Source: Pelagomonas calceolata (taxonomy: Eukaryota). From it: 64,000 nucleotides of DNA. The translations under genes and the position numbers were made by a program. Under the pieces are notes generated by a model that worked only from the letters and a program-made list of their open reading frames with translations, was not told the DNA's origin and searched no databases. How positions within the stretch are numbered: the stretch's first letter is position 1; each line of letters begins with the position of its first letter. Positions 52,935 to 63,180 of the stretch are shown in pieces. The stretch is from contig CAKKNE010000005.1 in assembly GCA_918797485.1 (NCBI GenBank), forward strand, positions 3,782,001 through 3,846,000, written 5' to 3'.

Positions 52935-53364
52935 GCTGTTGATGTTGCAGTGCAGTCCGCTTGCTTGCTTGGTCGTCGTACGGCGACGTCGCGGCGCTCG
53001 CAGCGGTTCAAGTGCGGTGGTGTGTTTTGTGCCAATGCGACCGCGGCGTCGCAGTTGCAGAGCTGATGATCGCGAGCACGACGAGTTCTCAAGTGTGCAG
53101 AGCGTACGCCGCAGCTGAAACAATTCCTACGTCGCTCAGCGCTCGCAACTGCGAGCTGCTCTCCGCTGCAGCAAGAGCTAGCCTGGCGACACAGCCTGCT
53201 AAACGCAGCGGCTGCCTAGCGCGCTCGCGAGCTGAGCGGTGCAAACGCAGTCGTCCAATCGCATTTATCGAGATCGGTAAGAGAACCGCGCGTGACGCGC
53301 CGCCGCGTGCGTGAAACTCACAAGCACCTTGCTGCAGCTGTGCAGCACGCGACGACGTCAAGCG

Positions 53365-55659
53365 ATGCCCAAGCCCAGCAAGAGCAAGAAAGGCAAGGGC
53401 AAGAAGCCGCCGCCGCCGCCGTCGTCGAGTTCATCGGACGCCGAGAGTAGTGATTCGGACGACGAGCGAAGCTACGAGGACGCGCCGCGGACCTGGGGCG
53501 ACGCCGAAAGAGCACAAAACAGCGAGCAACAACGTGAATCGGGAGCGCTCCAGCAGCTCAAAGACCAAGCCCTCGATGATCTGAGTAGTGACGACGAGGA
53601 CGCGGGCAACGCGACGGGCCGCGTGCCGACGCACTGGTATGAAGGGTATGATCACATCGGGTACGATGTGAGCGGCAGTAAAGTAGTGCCCGAGAAACCT
53701 CTAGATGGTTTAGATTTGGCGATCGAGGCGGACGACGGCGAGGGCGTGACGGTTTATGACAAACTAAATGGGCGGAACGTTCGTATTTCCAAGAGGGAAT
53801 TGGAGCAGATCCGACGGCTCAAGAAGGGCGCCTTCGCGAACCCCGAGACGGAGATGTACCCGGATACGTATCGGTCTTCTGTTATTGAGACTACTCCATT
53901 ACACAACGCGCCGGAACCCAAACGTAGATTCATCCCCTCGAAGTGGGAGGGCATGCGCATCCACCGGCTGGCCCAGGGCTTAGCTGATGGAAGGCTACGA
54001 ACTAGAGAAGAAAACAGACGTCTGAGGAAGGAAGCTAGAGATCCGGAACGGCGGTTCCTGGAGGCGGCGGCTAGCATGTGGGGTCCCGAGGACGTCGAGG
54101 ATCCGTCGGGGCGGCGGAAGGGTCCGTTGCCCGTGCCTGCTCCCAAATTAAAGTTGCCAGGACATGAGGAGAGTTACAGACCTCCTGCGGAGTACTGCGT
54201 GGACGACGAGGGACGGCCATTAACGGAGCCGGAGGAGGGCCAAGATTTCGTGCCAAAGCAGCACGACTCCTTACGACGAGTAGGTGTGTATGAGAAGGGC
54301 GTCCAGGAGCGGTTCGAGCGGTGCCTGGATTTGTATCTGTGCCCCCGCAAGTTGAAAAGGAGACTCGCCATCGACCCCGAATCTTTGGTGCCGAAGCTGC
54401 CCGATCCTAGGGACTTGAAGCCGTTCCCGAACGCGCTATGTCGGTCCTTCATCGGCCATACTACGGCAGTGGTCGCTCTGGACTGTTCGCGCGACGGCCA
54501 GTGGCTCGTTTGTTTCAGTGTCCTAATCATCGAAGCGCGCATTTGGTCAAGGCGCGGCTACCCATCTGTGGCAGACCGACGTCGTTTGAGCGCGCGATAG
54601 TTACTTCGACCGGCGTTAACCCATTGGTGGCTGTGTTACGCATTTACCAAGACCCGGCGAGACATATATATACCTACACAGGCGACGGCGGACGACAGCG
54701 GCCGCGTGCTGTTGTGGGAGGTGTCCACCGGGAAGTTAATCAGAGAAACGGCGGTCCCGGGGCCCTTGTCAGCTTTGAGATGGAACCCGCACCTCGAGCA
54801 CCACGTCCTAGCTGTTGCCGGCAAGGAGGGTGTATATCTCGTGGACACGAGAACAGCGAGAGGCGACGACCGCGAGGCCACCAAGGCTTTGCTGGAGGGC
54901 GAGGACGACGAGGGGGTCATAGAGCAGCGCCGGGACGCGGAGGTTGTTGGTGTCTGGTCGACGCTACAGCAGGAGCCTTGCACTATCGTCAAATGTGCGT
55001 TAGCCGCCCCAGCGCGGACGGTGGCCTGGCATGCGAGGGGCGACTACCTCGCGACGGTGTCGCCCGACGCCATCGCGTCGATGCAGTGCGTCGTGCATCG
55101 CTGTTCTCGGAGATCTTCCCAGGCACCCCTCAAAAGGGGCGACAAGGGGGGCCAGATCCAGAGCTGTGTCTTTCACCCGTCCAAGCCCTTTTTATTTGTT
55201 GCTTCGAGAACTACGGTCCGCTTGTACCACCTTGCGAGGCAGGAGCTCGTGAAGACGTTGCGATCGGGATGCAAGTGGATCTCCTGTCTGGCCATCCATC
55301 CCGGTGGGGACCATTGTGTGGTCGGGAGTCGGGATCTGCGGCTGTGCTGGCACGACCTGGATCTGGGGGAGCAGGCCCATCGCACGCTCAAATATCACGA
55401 CAAAGCACTCAGGGCGGCAACGTTCCATCCTAAATCTTCGAGGTATCCTCTGATGGCGACGTGTTCGGACGACGGCACGGTCCAGGTCTTCCACGCGAAG
55501 GTCTTCGACGACTTGACGACGAACCCTTCCATAGTACCGGTGAAGCGGCTGGACGTGTCTTCACCAAAAGGCTGCTTGGACTGCGCGTTCCACCCGACGC
55601 AGCCGTGGCTCTTCTCTGGTAGTGCGGACGGGTCGGTGAAGCTGTTCCACGCGCTGTGA
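53365..55659 (+). CDS. BOP1: Ribosome biogenesis protein BOP1/ERB1; join(53365..54507,54682..55659)
   Basis: HIGYD, PEPKRRFIPSKWE, PGHEESYRPP, ERFERCLDLYLCPR, WD40 repeats ending FHPTQPWLF; 174-nt GT-AG intron. Confidence 0.94.
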
Positions 55660-55843
55660 CGTAATTTATTCTATTATCTTTGCGTGTTACCTATGTGGTT
55701 CGTTGTCTTCGTCGAGACAGCGTTTCGCCTATCGTACGGTTTTTCCGAGGCTTGAGTCACGCCTCGCCGACGCTGCCGAACGCGAGCCCATGGCGCGTGT
55801 TTTTGTTACGGCGCTACGACTAGTGGGCGGCGTGTAGAATATT

Positions 55844-55865
55844 GCTAGTGCCTTACGCCGCTAGG
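55844..55865. promoter_or_regulatory. CTAG-bipartite upstream element
   Basis: gctagtgccttacgccgctagg upstream of asd. Confidence 0.65.
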
Positions 55866-56037
55866 TCGCGAACATAACTTGCTCTCCTCCGCAACCTGAG
55901 CGACGCTCGTATACACGGCACACCCGCACTCTACAGCAAAGCTGAGCGTAGCGAGACACCGCTCACTCACGCCTCACAGCGTTGCCACTGCGGAGACCGC
56001 TCACAGGCCAGCTGCAACAAGCTCTCCCAAAAGGAAG

Positions 56038-57252
56038 ATGACCTCGCTCCGCCGCGTATTGCTCTGCCTCGCCCTCGGGGCGCAGGCCTTCGTGCGGCCC
56101 GCACAGCGGCTGACGCTCGGACGCCGCTCGCCCGCGCTCCGTGTCGCTGCGACCATGTCCCTCGCCGGCAGCAAGCCGCTCAAGGTCGCCATCGTCGGCG
56201 CGACGGGTGCCGTCGGCGCTGAAATCATTGGAGTATTGGAGCAGCGCGGCTTCCCCGTCGAGGGCTCGCCGACGCTGTTTGGGAGCAAGGGCGGCAAGAG
56301 CGTCGAGACGAAGCAGTGGGGCACGCTGACGACGGAGGCCTTCAGTGTCGAGGCCACGAAGGGCTACGACGTCGTGTTCCTCGCGGCATCGGGCGACTTC
56401 GCCATCAAGTACGCGCGGGAGATTGGTAAAGGTCTCAGTGAGAATGGTGTGGTGGTGGACAACTCGTCGGCTTTGAGATACGACGACGACGTGCCTTTGG
56501 TGGTGCCGGAGGTCAACGGCCAGCTCTGCGAGGGGAACAAGGTCATCGCCAACCCGAATTGTACCACGGCCATCGCGCTCATGGCGCTGTTCCCGCTCTT
56601 CCTCGCGTTCGGCCTCAAAAAAGTAATAGTCTCCACCTATCAAGCAGCGTCGGGCGCCGGCGCGGCCGGCATGGCCGAGCTCAAGGAGGGCATCGCCGAC
56701 GCGGTGCAGGGCGATGCCTACCTCGAGGACGACGGCCGCTTCGGCAGCAAGCCGATCGCGAACACCGAGTTCGCGCACCCGCTCGCCTTCAACGTCATCC
56801 CCCACATCGACAAGTTCCAGGAGAACGGCTACACGAAGGAGGAGATGAAGGTGACCTGGGAGTGCCGGAAGATGCTCGGCTTCCCGCCGCTGCCTTCTTC
56901 CAGTGATACGGGCAAGGAGCCCAAGGTGTCGTGCACGGCCGTGCGCATTCCTACTCTCAGAGCGCACTCGGAAGCCATCACCATCGAGACGGAGAAGCCC
57001 GTCACCGTGGAAGCTGCTAGAGCAGTGCTTTCGGACTTCCCGGGCCTCAAGCTCAGCGACGACGTCGACAAGAACTTGTACCCGATGCCCATCACGTCCA
57101 CCGGAAATTATGACGTGGAGGTGGGCCGCATCCGCCGCAACGACGTCTTCGGCGAGAACGGCCTCGACTTCTTCATCTGCGGCGACCAGCTGCTGCGCGG
57201 CGCGGCATTAAATGCGGTGCTCGTCGCGGAGAAAGCTAGAAGCTTCGCCTAG
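56038..57252 (+). CDS. asd: Aspartate-semialdehyde dehydrogenase, plastid-targeted
   Basis: AQAF leader; VGATGAVG, DNSSALR, ANPNCTT, STYQAASGAG, GDQLLRGAALNA. Confidence 0.95.
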   Translation: MTSLRRVLLCLALGAQAFVRPAQRLTLGRRSPALRVAATMSLAGSKPLKVAIVGATGAVGAEIIGVLEQRGFPVEGSPTLFGSKGGKSVETKQWGTLTTEAFSVEATKGYDVVFLAASGDFAIKYAREIGKGLSENGVVVDNSSALRYDDDVPLVVPEVNGQLCEGNKVIANPNCTTAIALMALFPLFLAFGLKKVIVSTYQAASGAGAAGMAELKEGIADAVQGDAYLEDDGRFGSKPIANTEFAHPLAFNVIPHIDKFQENGYTKEEMKVTWECRKMLGFPPLPSSSDTGKEPKVSCTAVRIPTLRAHSEAITIETEKPVTVEAARAVLSDFPGLKLSDDVDKNLYPMPITSTGNYDVEVGRIRRNDVFGENGLDFFICGDQLLRGAALNAVLVAEKARSFA

Positions 57253-57274
57253 ATAGATGGACCCCCTTGGATAA

Positions 57275-58252
57275 TTATGCCCCTCCAAACTCTAGACACG
57301 CGCCCTCGAAGATTCGCTCGTCGACCACTTCACCATTCACGTCCGCTTTGACACGCACAGTACTTGAAAAGGACTCGCGCGAGCCGGGACTATGCGAGAA
57401 CCCTTCTCGCGTCGGGCAGTAGAGCGGCTCCGAGAACGTTGTTGGTTTAGCGGTGCAGGTCAACTCCAGCCTCCGCTTCTCCCCTCCAAAACTCCGTCTT
57501 AATACCAACTGTAAGGACGCCTCGCCCTCGTCGGAGACCTCTTCGCAAGAAGTCCGCGGGTCCGTCGTGCGGAAGGACCAAACTCTATCTCCGATTTGAT
57601 AGCGGCAGAGCCACGTGTTTGTGGTCAGGGGCCCGATTTCGAACGCGCCGCCCGTCGCCACGATCGTCGCGTTCGTATCCGTGGCCTGGACCCAGCGCCA
57701 ACTCTTGGGGAACCGCGCGCCGTACTGCGCCTCGGCGTGGACGTAAGCTTCACGGTTGTTCCAGGTCCCCCTTGAGTTCGTCGATCGTACCGCATAGCGG
57801 CAGGGCAGGAGCCAGCGCGTCCACCTCGACCCGAGCCAGCCCTCAGGATTCCAGGGGGCCTCTGGTCCCGTCGATATTGATGCTTGCACGCTCCCCAGAT
57901 CAAAATTTGTGGTGAGACTCGACGGGGACGCCTCGAGGACGCCCGCCGGCGCGGCGAAGCAGAAGCCTTCGTCCGTCGTCGTTAATGAGCACTCATTATC
58001 ATCGTAGAATTTCTGCGCGACGCGCGTGCGCCACGCACCTCCCTCTTTTGTCCGCTGGGCGACGATCACCAGATGCTTGTCGTACCTCCGCCTGCCCCGC
58101 GAGAAGCAGCCCACGATGACCGAGGCCGACGCCTCGTTTTCACTAGCTCTGATACACCACCCGTCGAAGTGCGGCCGTTTCCTCGTCGGCGGGCCGCGCG
58201 GCTGGAAGGGGTGGAGCGCTGTGGCGCAGGTCGTGAGCAGCAGTAGCTTCAT
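57275..58252 (-). CDS. Tocopherol cyclase-like protein
   Basis: HFDGW, PEGWL, E.QYGARFPKSWRWVQ, LEFGG; signal peptide. Confidence 0.65.
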   Translation of the reverse strand: MKLLLLTTCATALHPFQPRGPPTRKRPHFDGWCIRASENEASASVIVGCFSRGRRRYDKHLVIVAQRTKEGGAWRTRVAQKFYDDNECSLTTTDEGFCFAAPAGVLEASPSSLTTNFDLGSVQASISTGPEAPWNPEGWLGSRWTRWLLPCRYAVRSTNSRGTWNNREAYVHAEAQYGARFPKSWRWVQATDTNATIVATGGAFEIGPLTTNTWLCRYQIGDRVWSFRTTDPRTSCEEVSDEGEASLQLVLRRSFGGEKRRLELTCTAKPTTFSEPLYCPTREGFSHSPGSRESFSSTVRVKADVNGEVVDERIFEGACLEFGGA

Positions 58253-58426
58253 TTGCGCCGGCAGCACTGCACACTGCAGCTGAGTGTCAGGAGATGTCCT
58301 CTTGCACCCTATTTTTGCGAGCGCTGCCGCCGCGGAAAATGCACAGGTGTGCGATGCAGAACCGTGTCACGTCACAAGCGCATGCATGTGAGCACAGCAC
58401 TCGCAAAACAAGCGGCACAAACTCGA

Positions 58427-58449
58427 GCTAGCGGCTGTAAGACACTAGC
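58427..58449. promoter_or_regulatory. CTAG-bipartite upstream element
   Basis: gctagcggctgtaagacactagc in a divergent region. Confidence 0.7.
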
Positions 58450-58701
58450 TCGCTGGAACACGCGTCCCTCCGGAGTCGTTGCCGCCCTCCCGACGACCGT
58501 TGCGCCGGTACGCGTCCGGGCCCCCGGCTGCCGGCCGCGAGATGCAAAAGTCGAGTGGATTGCCAGTGCCTAAGAAGCGGTGGGGAGCGGCGACCGGAGC
58601 GGCGCCAGGGACCGGCCCCGGTTTAGTAAGCAGCGCAGCTTTCTCTCAACAGGCCGGCGGACCCGCGCCGCCGGGCCACCACCAAGGGGGCAGCCCAAAG
58701 G

Positions 58702-60135
58702 ATGGCGCCCAGCCCCATGCTCCAGGCGCGGCTCAAGGAACTAGAACGGGGGCGCGCTGCCGCTACGACTCCGAAGTCGGCGGACCTCGAGGACACGATA
58801 CTGGGACCGCTGGGCCGGCGTCTCGACGCCGAGGAGAAGGGCGAAGGGCCGCCGTCGACGGTCGAGCTTTTTAGGGTGGAGGCGCCGGACGCGCCAGGCA
58901 CCGTCGGGCCGGCGGCGCACGAGTTCACGACCTTCGACGACTACGCGGGCCAGCCGCCGCCGCCGCCGCCGCCGGACGACGGCGTCCGCGCGGCCTTCGC
59001 GTCGCCCTCGCCCGCCGCCGACGCCAAGTTCTACGCCGACGACTCGGACGACGACGAGGCTTTGTTGGCCATGCACACGGCGTACCAGGCGGCCGCGCGG
59101 CGGCGGCCCGGCGCGCGGGACCAGGTCTGGGCCGCGTCCGACGCCGTCGCCAACCCCGCCGACGTCTTGAATGCCGCGCTCGTCAGCGGGCAACCTGAGT
59201 CGCCGCCCGCCGTGCCGACGCCCGCCGGCATCGCGGCGTCGACGCGGCCGAGCCCCGTCGCGGACGTCGGCGGCCGGCCGCGGCCCGCCACGCGGCGGCG
59301 GCCCGCCGCCGAGGCCTGGCCCGTCGAGGCGCGGCCGCCGGTCCGCGCGCCGCGGTCGCCGCCGCCGTCGCCGCCCGTGCGCGCGCGGTCGCGGACCTTG
59401 TCGGACGAGGCAGTCGGCGCCCGCGCGGCGACCATCAACAAGGTCCCGCCGGGCGCGGCCGTCTCGCCTCCGCGAGTGCCGGCGCCGGCGCCTTCACCGC
59501 CACCGGTGACCGAGGCGGCCTCCACCAAAACGGCGACGCCGCGGGGCCACCGCGTCGAGACGATGTCGCGCGGCAGCAGCGCGCGCGCGCCGCCGCCCGC
59601 GGAGCCCGCGCCGCCGTCGCCGCCCCCGCCGCCGTCGTCGCCGCTGCTGGACCCGCGGTCGCCGCGGCCCGACCGGACGCCGACCTTCGCCCGGGCGCGC
59701 AAGCTCCCCGTCGCGGCGAAGCGGCCGGCCGCGGCCCCGGCGCCCGCGCCGCCGCCCCCGAAGGTGGCGCGGCGCCCGCCGGCGGCCGCGCCCGCGCGGC
59801 CGCGGCGCGCATCGAAAATGGTCGCGGTCCTCGTCCTGCTGGGCTACTCGCTCGGCGTCGCCCTGCGCAGCGGCAGGGCCCCGGCGACGGCGGAGTCGGC
59901 GCCCGTCGGGCTCACGTCCGCGCCGCAGGCCGAGGAGCCGGTGCGCCTCACCCGCGAGGCGCCGGTCGGGCCGGGGCGCCGCCAGCACCCCGTCGCCGGC
60001 GCGTGGGAGGCCGCCGTGCGGCGCGTGAAGCCGCGGCAGGCGGTACGACGGCTGAAACCGCGGCAGATGTTCCGAGAATTGCGGCATCGCTTCCGGTCCG
60101 CGCGGCGGCCGCAGCTTGAGCCGGGGTTATTATAA
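58702..60135 (+). CDS. Pro/Ala-rich hypothetical protein with one TM segment
   Basis: 477-aa ORF; MVAVLVLLGYSLGVAL hydrophobic segment. Confidence 0.6.
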   Translation: MAPSPMLQARLKELERGRAAATTPKSADLEDTILGPLGRRLDAEEKGEGPPSTVELFRVEAPDAPGTVGPAAHEFTTFDDYAGQPPPPPPPDDGVRAAFASPSPAADAKFYADDSDDDEALLAMHTAYQAAARRRPGARDQVWAASDAVANPADVLNAALVSGQPESPPAVPTPAGIAASTRPSPVADVGGRPRPATRRRPAAEAWPVEARPPVRAPRSPPPSPPVRARSRTLSDEAVGARAATINKVPPGAAVSPPRVPAPAPSPPPVTEAASTKTATPRGHRVETMSRGSSARAPPPAEPAPPSPPPPPSSPLLDPRSPRPDRTPTFARARKLPVAAKRPAAAPAPAPPPPKVARRPPAAAPARPRRASKMVAVLVLLGYSLGVALRSGRAPATAESAPVGLTSAPQAEEPVRLTREAPVGPGRRQHPVAGAWEAAVRRVKPRQAVRRLKPRQMFRELRHRFRSARRPQLEPGLL

Positions 60136-60208
60136 ATAACAACTGAGGTTAGCCTATGTATATACGAGCGATCGGAAGTATGGAGCCAGCCGGGTAGCAG
60201 TGTGCAAC

Positions 60209-61381
60209 TCACTTGTAGCGCTTCAGCGACGCTAGCACCAGCGGGATCTTGTGCAGCTGGAAGGATAGTTCGGTGTCGACCATCATCTCTGGGATCCCGA
60301 TCGGCGTGAACCCCTCCAGGGCGAAGTCGTTGGTGGTCTTCCCGTAATCTATCTTCGGCGAAGCACCCCACATGCGCCGCGGCATGGATTTGTCGATTCC
60401 GAGCATGGGGCCCACGCAGGCGAAGACCGGCTTGAAGCACGACGGCAACGTGAAGAACGGTAACATACACTTGGACGTGCGCGAGTCCGACTTTAACCCG
60501 TCGCAGCAGGCCTTGAACGTGCCCCATTTCTGGGGCGTGATGTACCTCCCCGTGACGTCGCTCGTCATCGCCAGGGAATGCATCACCGCTACGTCACGGA
60601 TATCGTGGACGGGGAATCCCATCGGTGGGCACGCCGGCCAGAATAGGCCACCCCGGATGTACTTCTGAAACATGGGCACGACGCCCTGGCCGTTGGGCGC
60701 GCACATGGGGCCGAAGCACCCGCCTACCAGGAGCGTGGTGAGCGTCCATTGCGACTGCGCCGCGGCTATCTCTAACGACCGCTTCTCGGCAGCGCGCTTG
60801 CTGTAGACATATGGAAAATCGGTGGGCGAGCAGTCGCCGTACCACATGTCGTTGTTCACGGTCCAGCCTTTGTCCTCGATCGAAGGCCGAAAGTCGCAAC
60901 ACGCCACGAGTACCGTGCCAGTACATATGACGCGCTTGACGGTCGGCGTCCGGCTACAGCTATTGAGTACGTTCTCGGTCCCCTTGATTGCCGGATCGAT
61001 CAACTTGTTTTTCAGATTCTTTTTCGAGCCCGTGAGGTAGAAAGGACTCGCCACGTGGATCACCGACGCGCAGCCGACCATTGCTGCGTCGTAGGACCCC
61101 TCGACTAGTAGATCGACGCCGTAGAACAGCTTGAGCCGCTCGGCGCCGGGCATGGCCTTCAAATAAGCGACGTCGGCCGTCGTCTCCGAGCCGCGCACGG
61201 GCGCGTGGACCGTGTGGCCGGCGCGCAGCAGCCTCCGCACCACGTGGGCACCGATGGTGGACGTGGCTCCGGTCACGCATGTCGTCTGCGGCTCTGCGGC
61301 TTTCTCCGCCGGCAGGAGCGGTACTTTGTCCAACAGTTCTGCCAGCTCGGGCTTCTCGGCGTACGCGGGCAGCGTCTTCAT
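60209..61381 (-). CDS. NAD(P)-dependent epimerase/dehydratase (DFR/CCR-like extended SDR)
   Basis: CVTGATSTIG, VIHVASPF, LIDPAIKGT.NVL, YVYSK. Confidence 0.88.
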   Translation of the reverse strand: MKTLPAYAEKPELAELLDKVPLLPAEKAAEPQTTCVTGATSTIGAHVVRRLLRAGHTVHAPVRGSETTADVAYLKAMPGAERLKLFYGVDLLVEGSYDAAMVGCASVIHVASPFYLTGSKKNLKNKLIDPAIKGTENVLNSCSRTPTVKRVICTGTVLVACCDFRPSIEDKGWTVNNDMWYGDCSPTDFPYVYSKRAAEKRSLEIAAAQSQWTLTTLLVGGCFGPMCAPNGQGVVPMFQKYIRGGLFWPACPPMGFPVHDIRDVAVMHSLAMTSDVTGRYITPQKWGTFKACCDGLKSDSRTSKCMLPFFTLPSCFKPVFACVGPMLGIDKSMPRRMWGASPKIDYGKTTNDFALEGFTPIGIPEMMVDTELSFQLHKIPLVLASLKRYK

Positions 61382-61553
61382 TGCTATTGAGATGCTATTG
61401 CCGGCCTGTGGAAGCTGTAGAGGCTGCCTCCCGAGGCGCACCAGTCTGGGCTGGCTCTTGGGCTGTGTAAGCCTCGACTACTAGTCAAAAGCCGTCGATG
61501 CTAGTGCAATCCGGGGGCAGGGGGCTGCTTTTTCGAGTCGGGACGGAGATAAA

Positions 61554-61577
61554 GCTAGTGCCTCTTGGCACGCTAGC
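61554..61577. promoter_or_regulatory. CTAG-bipartite upstream element
   Basis: gctagtgcctcttggcacgctagc in a divergent region. Confidence 0.55.
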
Positions 61578-61763
61578 AGTCCACGGCCGGCCTTGTGCAT
61601 CGATGGCTGAGCCCTCGGGCATCATTCGTGGAGCAGCAGCCTAAAGACAGCCCGCAGCAGCAGCGGGCAGCTTCGCGCCGTTGGGCTGAGGCCTCGGCGC
61701 CGGCACACTCACAGGGGCCTCACAGGCATACTACAGTCAAAGTAGCGCAGCCACGAGACAGCC

Positions 61764-62780
61764 ATGCTGCTGGCCACGCCGCGCCGCCGCAGAGCCGTCT
61801 ACGTCTCCTGCAGCGCGCTCATCGCGACGGTCTCGCTCTTCGCGTTCGCGCAGAACGCGACGGCACCCACACAACAGCGCGCGCGGCTCGTGCTCCTGTC
61901 GGCGCCGCGGTCGGGCAGCACGTTATTGGTCGAGATGCTGCGGACGCACGGCGACGTCGTCATGCACGGCGAACCCTTCCACGAGCAGGACCTGCGGGCG
62001 AGCCGCAAGGACGGGCTCGCGCGGAACGTGACCGTCGACGACGAGGCCTTCCGGCGACGGCGGGAGCGGCCGCAGGAGCTCCTCGACGCTTTGGGAAGGC
62101 AGCACGCGAACCGGCACGTGGTCGGATTCAAGCTCTTCTCGAAGCATCTCGACTGGAAAAGGCTGGACACTTTCCTGGACTGGGCGACGCATCTCATCTT
62201 GCTGCGAAGGGACGACGCCTTCGCGCAGTACGTGTCCATCTGCCTCGCGCAGGCGTCGAACGTCTGGGCGGCGTACCCGGGGTCGGCGAAGCACGACCAC
62301 GTCGTGAGTGTGGACGCGGCGCTCTTCGACACCTGGTCCAAGCACGAAGCCGCTTTTGTGGCGACGGTCGAGCGGGCGCTGGCCAAGGCCGCCAACCCGC
62401 CGGGCGTCCTCCATCTGACGTACGAGCGCGATTTGTGCGCGCCGCACGCGCGCCGGAATACCATGAGGCGCGTCGAGCGGTTCCTGGGCGTCGCCACTGG
62501 CGCGAGGCCGGACGCGGCGCACCTGCCGATTAAACAACACGCGGTAGACGTCCGCGACCACGTGTCGAACTTCGAGCACGTCGCACGCGTCCTGCCCGCG
62601 GCGAACGCGTCGCGGCCCTGCGTCGAGGCGCGGCGGCGCCTCGACGTGCGGCGCGACGTCGCGGGCGTGGACTGGCTGGGGTCGACGCCTCCCGAGGACC
62701 CGCGGGCCAAGGCGCACGCGGCGGCGAAGGCATTTATGCGGTCGCCCCACTGCAAGGAGGGGGGACCGGGGTGGTTGTAA
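61764..62780 (+). CDS. Sulfotransferase (Stf0-like)
   Basis: PRSGSTLL, HGEPF, GFKLF, LRR...QYVS, LTYE. Confidence 0.8.
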   Translation: MLLATPRRRRAVYVSCSALIATVSLFAFAQNATAPTQQRARLVLLSAPRSGSTLLVEMLRTHGDVVMHGEPFHEQDLRASRKDGLARNVTVDDEAFRRRRERPQELLDALGRQHANRHVVGFKLFSKHLDWKRLDTFLDWATHLILLRRDDAFAQYVSICLAQASNVWAAYPGSAKHDHVVSVDAALFDTWSKHEAAFVATVERALAKAANPPGVLHLTYERDLCAPHARRNTMRRVERFLGVATGARPDAAHLPIKQHAVDVRDHVSNFEHVARVLPAANASRPCVEARRRLDVRRDVAGVDWLGSTPPEDPRAKAHAAAKAFMRSPHCKEGGPGWL

Positions 62781-63180
62781 CAGTTTTGTGAACTATGACA
62801 TATCACGTCTAAGTCTAAGAAAAGCATTGGCGGCGCGCGGCCGCGTTTCGGCTTTTACCAAACCCCGGCGGTCTTGTAATCGCAGAGTGGACCCAGGCAG
62901 GCATACCAAGGATCCTTACGGGTTGGAAGCGTCGGGCGGCGCGGGGCGCGTGCGGTGCGGGGCTGCCGGCATCTCGATTGACGCGATCATCGTGACGCAT
63001 AGCCGCTGAACGCACCCCTGCAGGATTAGTGGACCTTTAAAACAGCGTTTCAGAGCTCCTGACTTGCTGCAGCCGTCGGGCGTCGCAATCCGCTGAACAA
63101 AAGTTGCTCAAGAGACTGCTGGGCAGCAGGCGCCCCTCTCGGCGCGTCGCGAGCGCTAGAGGCCACAAGAACGACCAACC

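Noticed and set aside
55963..56967. Long antisense ORFs (also 61799..62827, 40604..42040, 12817..13890, 38222..39028)
   Set aside because: These are shadow ORFs caused by GC3-biased codons of real genes in another frame or strand.
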